DNA of 63,846 nt, the filler included, from Platydemus manokwari (taxonomy: Eukaryota), in NCBI GenBank assembly GCA_037951405.1. It is 6 parts of 6 records of this genome, joined end to end, with 100 filler letters (N's around TTAATTAATTAA, not from the genome) between each part and the next. Parts side by side here need not be neighbours in the genome. Positions count along the whole stretch, not along the records: positions 52,904 to 63,846 come from JBBMOY011032189.1; 5 more parts are not named here. One strand, written 5' to 3'. Under the pieces are notes generated by a model. That model worked only from the letters and a program-made list of their open reading frames with translations. It was not told the origin of the DNA and did no database searches. The translations under genes and the position numbers were made by a program. Shown piece by piece: positions 52,904 through 63,846 of the stretch (positions within the stretch are counted from its first letter, which is position 1; each line of letters opens with the position of its first letter).

Positions 52904-54885
52904 TTGAATAAATAAAGAGAAATAAGAAATTTTAAATTATAATTAGAAAATAAAAATTTGTTTTAACAAATTAAAATAATAATATGGAAGCCAAGATTTT
53001 GAGATAGTAATTGGAGAACAAGTCACAAATTTCAGAGAATTTATTTGCAGAAGAAGAAGACAATTTCAGATAAGATTTTATTTGCAGAAGAAGAAGTTAT
53101 TAATCGAAGGATTTGCCAGGACCTTATCAGGTTAAGAATTATTTTAATTTAAACTTGATAGTGTATATTTATTCGAGGAAGACGTGTTCCCGAATAATAG
53201 TTTATTAGTATATTTAGAAATTTTAAATCGTGTTTGAATATTTGCGGATAGTGTATCCCGAATATTGGTATCTCAATAAAAGAAAAGTCTTTGTATTGTG
53301 ATTTTCGTGAACAGTGCCTCCCGAATATCGGTATTAGTGTAGAGTCATTGTATTGAGTGTCCGTAACCCGTTACGCACACTGGTATTGTAGTATAGGCCA
53401 TGAGTGATCCTCGGCCGGTAATTCAATTTAGTGCACGGACTTGATCCGTATTTGTTGACAGAACTTTATTAGGGGCTAGGCCCTTGTGTAACTAAATCTA
53501 AGTTGTAAATTTGTAAAAATATAACTTAGTGAGCAACCACTTTGTTTTGATTTTTGGAGTCAGGAGATTTACGAGAATTGTTGCGCTCTACAGTTAGTAC
53601 ACCCAACATATATATAAAATTTTGATGACGGCTGCCATTTATGTCCAACAAAATCTACGCCTTTCAAATGCGTAGGAAATGCTCGAAATTTTTAATAATA
53701 ATACTAGTTAAAATATAAATAATCAAAGTAGCTACAAAATTCCTAAAAAATATTATCAATAATCAATTAAATAAAACGGATTCAAATCAAAATAAATTCT
53801 ATAAAAATATTCAAATTCAAATTTATAAACGCTAAAGACAATGGAATATCTAATGTATATATAAATGAATATCTAGACACTTCAGTAAGATGATTTAGGT
53901 AACTCCAAATAAGTGACGAGACACCCCTGTGGAAATAATAAGTAAGAACCATAGGGATTTGAGAACAACCATAAAGCTGTGGAAATAGCTGTGTGCGCAT
54001 AATAATAGAATTTAAATTTACTCATCATTTTGGATTCAAATAGAAATATAACTGTTAAGGAAATTCATCTGGTTCAGTTTCTGAAAATAATTCTTCATTT
54101 GAAAGTCCTCTGGTATACTGCTTTTCTTGGAGTTTAACAATAAGGTTTCGTAATATTTCAAATAAATGCTTTGGAATGAATCAGAGTTTCATAACAAATC
54201 AGAGCTTCGAAAATTAATCCAATAACTCAGTATTTTGATTACGTGAAACAAAGTGCACACTAACTGAATTAATTTGTGCTGAGGTCGCATGTGCCATCTA
54301 TATGTGTTTTATTTCTTACCTTGTTTTGTAAATAATTTTGGTAACTCTTAAGATGTCATACCTAAATTTAGCAAAATCCAAATTTTTTTAGCCACTTAAG
54401 TTGCTAAATTGACCTACTCAATTTTAGTAATGATGTAGTTACTAAGAAATAATTTTTTTATATAAAGTTTATAAATTTTATTTTTCTTTCTAAATATTTT
54501 TTGTGCTTTTGTTCATTTATTGATTTTGTAATATAGTTTCAACTTTAGAGTTGAATTTTTGATTTTTATATATTTATTTCTAATTAGTTTTGTTTTAAAA
54601 TTTTAAATAATAATATTTTTTCTTCCTAAATTAGTGTGTCGTATTTTATTTATTTCATAACATTAAAATAATTTTTGAATAATTTATAAAATATTGATTA
54701 TCAGATGACATTGATTAATAAATAATTTTTAAATTAATTGAAGATTATACTACAAATATTTGTTAAATAGATTTGTTAAATTAAATTTATTAAAATATAA
54801 AAGAATTTTAGGATGATGCTATCCCTTAACTGATTGAAGATGATTAATTAAAAAATTCCACTGGATTAGGGTTGATCTGAATAAA

Positions 54886-57208
54886 ATGGCATCGCGTATG
54901 AGCCTGGATGATGCGTGCTTAATATTCCGAGTGAATGCGCTGAATTTTTCGCATATTAAATATGCAATTGAATTGCTGAAGAACGATCGTTCTGAAGTTG
55001 TATCTGAGAAATTAGTGTAAATTTTGGGATGGGTTTATATACCCAGATTTTTTGTGGGAATGATGATTAATGTTTCCGCGAAATAATTTCTCAAGTAGTA
55101 ACTTTTTAATTTTCTATTGTGATTCAGCGGTACTAATGCTTTCACCATAGTAATATGTGAATCACCATTGTGATTTAGATAAATTTTTAAAATTGTTATG
55201 GCAACGCGTATTTAAATTTAATTTGGAGTTTAGCTTATTCATTTGATTATTTATAATATTTGTGTGGGTGGGATGTGGGTTGAATGTACCCAACAACTGC
55301 TCAGAAAACGCTACTTTTTCTTGTGCAATCTTCAACCTAATATTTGTGTGAATTTGGATTTACAGCATTAACAACCGTCAAACACAAGAAACAAACACGA
55401 TTACTGTTTATGGAAGATGGACCTCGTGTGTATCTCTCAGAAACTCGATTAAATCTTAAGGTGTTGTGCAAGAAACACCATGCTCAACTTCCCCACTGAG
55501 GTTGTGATAAGAATAAATTTAGTCTATTCAAACATGTACGATTTAGTTTTCATTTCATCAACATACATGTACAATATACTGAACATAAATACTTTTATTT
55601 TATTTTAAAAAATAAATGCTCTTTTCTGCATATAACAATTAAATAATTGCACAAGGTTTCTCGAGCCAGAGGATAGTTTCGATGGAGTTCCTCTAAGTAT
55701 TATTTTGTATTAAATATCGTCATAATTAATTGAGAAAGAGTTTCAAACGTTTTTCAGTTAAATATACAAGAAAATATTGAATTTCTTTGCAAAAGTATTA
55801 TTTCTGAACTTTGAAATATTGTCGAATAAATGTTGGAAGACGAATTTAATATTTTAAATAGTTTTTCAGAAATTAGTCAAAACTCACTAGTGATTCCTTT
55901 GACGGTGCATAGATAAGTAAATATTCCGAAATATTATTTCATATACAACACAAAATGTAACATATAAACTGTTTCTCAAACTATTCATCTTTAAAGCTAC
56001 TCGACTATTTGACATTCTAATTCACTTTTCTCTCATATATTTTATGGGGTATCACTCAGATATTTCACGTATCCCTTCATATTCGACATTATATCATTAT
56101 AAAAACAATGTCATCATAACTATTCATGATCTAATTTAGATCTCTTCACTCCTTTTGGTATGTTCTTTATTATTGCGAAAATATATATCAGATAAATCTT
56201 TAGAAATGTTTTTTTCTAAGTGTCTAGTTAATTTGTGTACCCGAATATCACAATTTTTTAAATAATAAAACGATTAAGTTCACAATTATTCAAAGATTAA
56301 CGAGCTTTAAAATAAAAATTTAATACATCACACAGAATATCAGTTTATTATTATTTAAGTTTAAATTTAATTTCAGAACAGAAAAAACTGAATGGAACTT
56401 GATAAAAAAAATTTCAATATATACTTAATCAGTCGTTAAAAAGTCACTTATGATAATTACAAAGTTGTACGCCAACACATTTAATTTCTATTTTAGCATT
56501 TTGGTATACCAAAAATTCAGTTGTTATGTTTAAGTTCGATGATTTCATTTGTGTCCACTGTTTTTTGATTCTCACTAGAATAATAGATTTTTTAAGAAAT
56601 TAAGAAAATCCAGATAGAAATCCATTATTTATTATTATTATTTTCAACAGATTTTAAAATGTTTTTAATTTTAAAATAATTATTTATTCCATAATGAAGT
56701 CAAATTTACATGTTATATTGTTCTGATAGTAATCAATTTGTTTTAAACTTTAACCAAATTGATTAGTCTATACAATGAATTTATTATTTTAAACTTGTTA
56801 AATAAAACTCGCACCATGTTCCAATATTTGAAAAACAAATATAATTATAAATGTCATGATTAAGAATTATCCAGTTTTACTGTTCAATGTGTTAAAGAGT
56901 GCATGAAATAGTAACTAATAGATAAATTTAACATACCCATTAAAGTAAAAAGAAATTAAATCTTAAATAATCAAATTGTGTTTATTTATCCTAACAATTA
57001 TTCAATAATAAAAAGTCCATATATGTCAAAAAATTAACGCTCTGTTTTTATTAATATTAAAAAAAATTTTCAGTTTTCAATTAGCATTGATAAAATTATT
57101 ATAAAGTCTAGGCAACATATATTTTGCTGCAAACATCAACAATGGTGCCGCAGTCAAGTGAGCACCAATAAATCCAGCGCTACTAGTACAATCGAGGTGG
57201 GTGTACGG
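54886..57208 (+). repeat. Left arm of a long inverted repeat (pairs with 61750-63563)
   Basis: Its reverse complement aligns colinearly with 61750-63563 (e.g. 56950-57146 vs 61803-62000 nearly identical), with indels including ~250 bp (55573-55821) present only in this arm. End coordinates are approximate. Confidence 0.93.
55284..55499 (+). mobile_element. hAT (Buster/Charlie, ZBED5/FAM200-like) transposase C-terminal relic
   Basis: MYPTTAQKTLLFLVQSST*YLCEFGFTALTTVKHKKQTRLLFMEDGPRVYLSETRLNLKVLCKKHHAQLPH* matches the YP...STYLCExGFS...K.K.R.RL...R..LS...AQxSH terminus. Confidence 0.88.
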
Positions 57209-58062
57209 TTAAGTTAACAAACGCACTGCTGTCAGATGAGCTCCTACTTTTCCACTACTGACCGTAATATTTATATGAGTGTATGGTAGTGGCTTCTCTT
57301 AACATTTACCATGCTACAAAACTATTAATAACAATCATCAAATTCTCCTTAAAACATAATCTACTTCATACAGTCAGCTTGCTAATATTAGGAAATAAGG
57401 TGGGTAATTCAAATGGTTCATACAACAAATCGAGACCGGTCAATGTGGCAATTGTATATAAGGAAGGATTAACTACTGCAACTTATATCTATGTTGAGAC
57501 TACAATACTTCTATGACGGTGTTCAAGAATTCAAATTTTCATTTCTTCTTCGAGCTTTGTTAACCTTGCTCCATGTCTTGGCAAATGTCGATTTTCCTTA
57601 GGCTTGTTATTCAAATGATATTCTTGTTTTTTTGTTGTGCAACAGCATAAAGAAGTTGAATAACGGCGGAAAACTACTTAATCATAGTTGAACCAGCAAG
57701 CCAAGTTGCTGACTCCAGCTATTAGACATTTTAGACTGAATTTTTTTGCAAAAAAGGTAGGTCTTAATACACGTAATCTACGGTAATATTAAAACAATTT
57801 TTGATAATTCTACCTCCTATTCTCAGCACCATAAAGAGCTCTCAATATTTTTTGACAACTGATGACACCTAGCCAATGAGTTATTTTATTGTAATTTGTT
57901 ATACATTTTATATTATTAGACTTCAGAAAATTGAACGAAATGAACGAGAAGTTTTCATTTTCGGTACCTGATATCCAAACGTTACTGGACTGAGTGTATG
58001 GCGCGGCAGTTTTATTCAAGATAGAATTATGCCAAACATCAAAATTCTAGGTTGAAAATGGT

Positions 58063-58236
58063 ACTAGATCTGGGCAGTTCTGTTTTCACAGACTACCTTT
58101 TGGATTATGTACATTTCAAAGTTTAATAAATACGATATTCAAAGATTTAGTTTCCAAGTGCGTTCTTGTTTATCTGGTCGATAATTTTTTGTATGGAAGA
58201 ACATTGGAGGAACACAATTAGAAACTCGAAAAGGTA
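58063..58236 (+). mobile_element. Ty3/Gypsy LTR-retrotransposon reverse transcriptase fragment
   Basis: TRSGQFCFHRLPFGLCTFQSLINTIFKDLVSKCVLVYLVDNFLYGRTLEEHN*KLEKV contains LPFGL and a degenerate YLDD (YLVD). Confidence 0.88.
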
Positions 58237-58904
58237 TAATTAAATGATGATTATGACGAAAGTAGGAGACTTTATGAAGCCTCAAAAGCTGGTATTAAAC
58301 TGTAAGATGATCTCAAGTTTTTGATTTAACTTTCAATTGATGGTTTAGAGCCAACGATATGGGTCTGAAAAAGCCATTACTTGTACTTGGTGATTTGCAA
58401 AGTTTACCATAGGATCATTCCAAATGAGCTACACGTAAATATGTCAAAACAAATTTGATTCTTGGTGCTTTATTTGCTTCTTATGTGGTATTGTTATTCG
58501 AATTTACAAATTAAATTCTTATTTTACATTTAAAATTATGATAAAAATAACAAAAAAATTAAAAAAATTTAACTTATATATTGTGTAAAGGACATTTGAA
58601 TTTCAAATTGAGATGCCCTAATTCTTAAAGATAGATGGTCGTGGATATTGGAGAAGTATTTTTAAAAACAAGTCACATTAGTTTATTAAACACATCAGGC
58701 TTTAATAAGTCTATTTATAATTTAAAATTAATTTTGCAAAATCAAGAAATCATATCGATGTGTTATGATTGGAATAGCAGCTTGATATTTAGAAATTCTG
58801 ATTTCTAAATATTCGACATATTGAAATGGGTGTGCTGTCAACTGAACTGTGTGAATAAATCACTCAGCACAAAGTGCTAAAAACCTAATAAAAATAAAAC
58901 TAAA

Positions 58905-59170
58905 TGCCCCATGAACGAGCCGAGGCTAATTGATGAGACAAATTAGAAAAACCTAACCAAGTATGACAGTCTCAAGAAAGATGTCTAAAATAACAGGGCA
59001 AAATTCCCGTTGGAACTACACGCTTTGATTGTCAGTGTGCTCGGAAGATGGGTTAAATCCAATAATGGATTTCGACCAAAATTGGAACTTAGCTATCGAA
59101 TCATCTACAAACTACCTATGAAATGCATTAAGTCAAATATCAATGCGTCTTTCTTACAATGGCAGTTCAT
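58905..59170 (+). mobile_element. RLE-type non-LTR retrotransposon C-terminal relic (NeSL/Utopia-like)
   Basis: CPMNE...KNLTKYDSLK...LHALIVSVLGRWVKSNNGFRPKLELS...KCIKSNINASFLQW resembles the K..KY..L...IVGxLGxW..N endonuclease tail. Two in-frame stops. Confidence 0.65.
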
Positions 59171-59660
59171 ACGGGCAAAATAAACTCATACTGCCCCAAA
59201 TCAACGGAAACAAGGGATGAAGACTATTCACAGTTGGACTTTGTCTCAGCGGACGATAGCTGGTAAAATTAATCAATTACTGAACGAAGCCAATTGAAAT
59301 GTGATTATAGGTTCAATCGCAAAAGAGAGAATCTATGTTAGAAGTCGCGATTTTTCAAGGATAACTAATTAATCATTGTCTTAAATACGTATTAGCTTTA
59401 TTGTTATTTTATTTAAAAAAATAGAAATAAAATTTGTTGATTTCTTCTTATTTCCCTGACAATCCAACATGAAAATTTAAAAAAAAATTATAAAATTAAG
59501 ATTAACCGAATTATTTTATATTTAATTAATAGGATCGAAGAAGGAAATCTTGCAGATGCCTTCTAAGCTTTGGTTATCAATACGGAGCTGTTAAAAATTC
59601 AAAATATTTCACCAATCAATGAAACTGAGAGATTTACAAATATAATTTTGAAGAATAATT

Positions 59661-59810
59661 AATTCATATAATTTCATATAATTTCATATAATTTCATATA
59701 ATTTCATATAATTTCATATAATTCATATAATTCATATAATTTCATATAATTCATATGATTTCATATAATTCATATAATTTGATATAATTTCATATAATTT
59801 CATCTAATTA
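59661..59810. repeat. Minisatellite (ATTTCATATA)n, 9-10 bp unit
   Basis: About 15 tandem copies, degenerating rightwards. Confidence 0.95.
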
Positions 59811-59861
59811 TATAAATTTATTTTTACATTAAATTTGATATCTATTTGAAAATAGATGTGA

Positions 59862-60545
59862 TTAAATTATGAAATTATTTCTTACACGAAAATTCATTAA
59901 AATGAAAGTAGGTCAAAGCAATCTTTGTGTTAAATTAAGCCTTTATTTCTATTTGAAAAAAATTTTAACCATTTAAATTTGTTACCAATTAATAATATTT
60001 GGCTAAAAGAGGTCTTAAAATAAAATTTTTAATTTTACTGTATTGGAAAAATCTAAATAATTTATTTCATTATATTCGTTAGAAACATTTAGAATGCTTT
60101 ATTTAAGTATTTCAGTAGCGTTTTAGTTGTTTGAAGTCAAATATTAAATATCCTAAAATTTTATAATTTAATAAACGTCTCGAAATTATTGAAAATTGGA
60201 TCACTTTTTTTAGCATTAGAATCAAATTGAGAGATACTCTCTTTTTACTATTATTTTATGGTATTATTAAACAAGTTTGTAGTTAGCTAACTCGATTAAT
60301 CATAAAAAAATTTAATTTAAAACCTCAAATAATCATATGAAAGTGTTGTGATTAGAATGGGAATTGGGTTTTTAAAATATGTTCTGTCCGTGTTATCCAC
60401 CCAAAAAAGTTAGATATTAACTGAATTATATGAATAAATCAAGCATCGCATTCATATTTAAAATTTAGTTATAAAATTATCCCATACGCGAAAATTCATT
60501 ATTACGAAATTAGGTCAAAGGACCTCTTTTCTGGACTTAAGCTTA
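59862..60545 (+). repeat. Diverged ~80-bp direct repeat pair (~59862-59941 and ~60463-60543)
   Basis: Shared cgaaaattcatta...gaaa.taggtcaaag...ttaagc. Confidence 0.7.
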
Positions 60546-61749
60546 ATATTTTATAGGTATTGCAAATGAACTATTATGAATATTTTGACAAAATTGCGAG
60601 TTATAAATATTGCATATATTTTAAAAAATGCTTTTTTAAATTGTAATTGTTTCCAAAACAAATGAAATATTTTATTAACTAAACCGTTCATATAAATAAT
60701 TTTATTACAGCTAAGTGTTTGAATGAAAACATGTTCTTAATTTACATGTTTTTACTTACAACAAGCTGGAAATGATCATTTTGTCGATTACGATTTTTAC
60801 ATGTTGACTCTGTTTTTCTTGATCAATTCGTTTTTTCTCGTAATCTATTGAGATTGACGTCGACGTACCTTCCAGAACTAAAAAGCTGAACAGTATCGGG
60901 ATTAATGGTGTTAGTACATAACTTCTAGACTTGAAAAAGGAAGGCGTGTAACACGAGATATTGCTGGATATGATCTTGAGAGAATGTCGGCACTAAATGT
61001 TGCTTTGTGTATAGAAGAAGAAATCAAATATACAGATATTAAAGTTACTATATAACTTGTTGATAAAGCCAAATATCCATTAATGTATGTTGTTAATTGA
61101 GCAGCGTATTAATGATACTAACGAATAACTTTAATGTAATAATCATTATTTATAGTCTCATGTACTTTCGCTTCAAGTGCCCTTCCTATTGAATAAATTG
61201 ATGAAGATTGGGCCTATAGATGCAATCAATCTCTATGATTGACACAGGTTTACGCAGTTAGTTTAAATGTAATTAGTAGAATGGTTGGACTGGGTAAAAT
61301 TCGTTTAAATTTACAGTAGAAATATATAAATTCATTACAATAAAATCGATTATAAAAGTCATTTGATCAAAATAAAATTACTTGAAACAAATGTAGGTAA
61401 CATGAAATAATTATAATTACACATGAAATTCGTGTTGTTTATACATGACTATTGATTGTTTTTTTTTGTTCTATTAAAAAGTGTTTTATTAAAATAGTCC
61501 TCATGTGACTGAGTAGATGTAATAATACTAGATCGTTGAATCTGAAATTTCTTGACTGATATAGCACAATAATGAGTGCGTTGTAAATATAATATTGGAC
61601 GTATCATAATATTGGGCACGCAAATGCCGTTTTTCATGTATATATATATATATATAGTGGACTTGATTAGGTTTGCCAAATAACGATTATCTATTAATAT
61701 GTCTACAAATTATGGTCTTTAGCACTTCAAAAAATCCAAGAAACCATTG

Positions 61750-63563
61750 CCATATACCCACGTCGATTGTGCTGGATTCATTGGTGCTCTCTACACTGTG
61801 TAACCATTGTTGATGTTTGCAGTAAAATATATGCTGCCTAGACTTTTATAATAATTTTAGCAACACTAATTGAAAACTGAAAAATATTTTAAGATTAATA
61901 AAAGCAAAACGTTGATTTTTTGACATATATGGACTTTTTATTATTGAATAATTGTTAGGATAAATAAACACAATTTGATTATTTAAGATTTAATTTCTTT
62001 TTACTTTTATGAGTATGTTAAATGTATCTATCAGTTATGATGTAATGGACTCTTTAACATATTGAACAGTAAATCCAGACAAATCTTAATCATGACATTT
62101 ATAATTATATTTGTTTTTCAAATATTGAAACATGGTGCGAGTTTTATTTAACAAGTTTAAAATTCATTGTATAGACTAATCAATTTGGTAAAAGTTTAAA
62201 ACAAATTGATTACTATCAGAACAATATAACATGTAAATTTGACTTCAATATGGAATAAATAATTATTTAAAAATTAAAATCAATTTAAAATCGGTTGAAA
62301 ACAATAATTACGAAAACAAATGAAATCATCGAACCATTTCTTAACTTAAACATACCAACTGATTTTTGGGTATACCAAAATGATAAAAGAGAAATTAAAT
62401 ATGTTGGCGTACAGTCTTGTAATTATCAAAAGCAATTTTTTAACAACTGATTAAATATTTATTTAAATTTTTTTCAAGTGTTATTCATTTTTTTCTGTAA
62501 TTAAATTCAACCTCAATTAATAATAAAGTGATATTTGTGTGATATATTAAATTTTAATTTAAAAGCTAGTTAATTTTGTGATAATTGTGAACTTGCATGT
62601 TACATTATTTAAAAAAAGTATGATATTCGTGGACCCAAATTAACTAAAAAGTAAAAAAACAAACATTTCCAAAGAATTATCTTAAATATTTTTGAATACT
62701 AATAAAGAATATACCAAAAAGGAGAGAAGAGATGTAAATTAGATCTTGAGAGAGTTATGATGCCATTGTTTTTATGAGACATAATGATGAATATGAAAAG
62801 ATTTGTGAAATATTTGAGTAATACACCGAAAAAGTTCCTGCCAATTTTCGAAAAACTATATAAAATATCAAATTCGTTTACCAACATTTATTCGAAAAAA
62901 AGAGTACATATTTGTTGATGAAATAAAAATAAAATCGAACATGTTTGGATAGACAAAACTGAGTGGGGAAGTTGAGCTTTGTGTTTCTTGCACAACTTTT
63001 TCAGATTTGGTCGAGTTTTTAAGAGATATACACGAGGTTCATCTTCAACAGATAATAATTATGTTTGTTTCTTGTGTTTGACAGTTGTCAGAGCTGAAAA
63101 TCCAAATCCAGATATTAGTTTTAATATTGCACAAGAAGTACGAGCGCTTTCTGAGGAGGTTTTGGATACATTCAAACCACATCCCACCCACACTAATAAT
63201 AAAAATAATAAGATTAATAAGTCAACCTCAAAATTAAATTTATATTCGCGTTCCCATGACAATTTTAAAAATTAATTCACATCACCATGGTGATTCACAT
63301 TAATATGACGAAAGCATTAGTAACTTTGAATCACAATGGAAATAAAAATTATTACGAAGGGAGAAATTAGTTCGCGGAAAAATTAATCATCACTCCCACA
63401 AAATATCTAGGTATATAAACCTAGCTCAAAATTGGGAATTTGCACAATAAATTTACATTAATTTCTAGGAAACAACTTCAGGACGATCGTTCTTCAGAAA
63501 TTCAATTACACATTCAATTTGCAAATTAACAGAGAAATTATCTACGCCCATACACGATGACAT
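61750..63563 (-). repeat. Right arm of the long inverted repeat (pairs with 54886-57208)
   Basis: Colinear reverse-complement match to the left arm. Outer anchor gcccatacacgatgacat (63546-63563) vs atggcatcgcgtatgagc (~54886). Confidence 0.93.
62962..63171 (-). mobile_element. Second copy of the hAT transposase C-terminal relic
   Basis: MYPKPPQKALVLLVQY*...GFSALTTVKHKKQT*LLSVEDEPRVYLLKTRPNLKKLCKKHKAQLPH, with lesions largely different from the left copy. Confidence 0.85.
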
Positions 63564-63846
63564 TCTTCTATATCAATGTTAAATTTTATTGATTTAATTT
63601 CACTCATCCCCTCGCAAAGCTCAACGAGATTTCCACGGCTAAAAACTAATTGCAAAGCCGAAATGCTTTGTGATTTAAACTCATTTCTTTAGTTTATTGT
63701 CCGAAGTAGGGCATACCTAGTTCCCTATGTCGGTTGTTCTAATCTTCAGGGCACATCACTAAATCTATGTTATTATTAGGTGTATTAGTATGATTCCGGC
63801 TTTTACAAAAATGAGTTAAAATTTGTATTTCAATGAATAAATTTAA

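Noticed and set aside
59661-59810. Short repeat array considered as CRISPR or telomere
   Set aside because: No spacers and not TTAGGG; a simple minisatellite.
60930-61030. Minus-strand SIHKA...AISRVT resembling Pif1/Helitron helicase motifs
   Set aside because: Spacing is too short and other helicase motifs are absent.
62979-63275. 98-aa plus-strand ORF
   Set aside because: Antisense to the hAT transposase relic. The equivalent frame in the left arm is interrupted by a stop.

Overview
Very AT-rich eukaryotic (animal) genomic DNA, most consistent with a planarian-type flatworm. This is an inference from base composition, 51-85 bp introns and a flatworm-type orphan GPCR. The window is not one continuous locus: five identical 100-bp spacers (44 N + TTAATTAATTAA + 44 N) join six contigs, so adjacency across them is unproven. 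Supported genes: a two-exon 26S proteasome subunit Rpn2/PSMD1 that lacks almost all of its C-terminal domain, a four-exon secreted frizzled-related protein (CRD + NTR), an intronless divergent Q50 homeobox gene, a rhodopsin-class orphan GPCR with altered 2.50/7.49 residues, a small four-TM protein, and a 637-codon disordered exon carrying nine [RK]-Q-x-[ST] motifs. The rest is intergenic DNA with decayed elements: two RLE-type non-LTR 3' ends, a Ty3/Gypsy RT fragment, a 105-bp Buster-type hAT MITE with a target-site duplication, a RING-H2 pseudogene, and an ~8.7-kb structure bounded by ~2-kb inverted arms that each contain a hAT transposase C-terminus. I saw no rRNA, tRNA or CRISPR. No clearly new multi-gene system is demonstrable. 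The best leads are the domain-deleted Rpn2, the kinase-motif array, the GPCR residue swap and the long inverted repeat.
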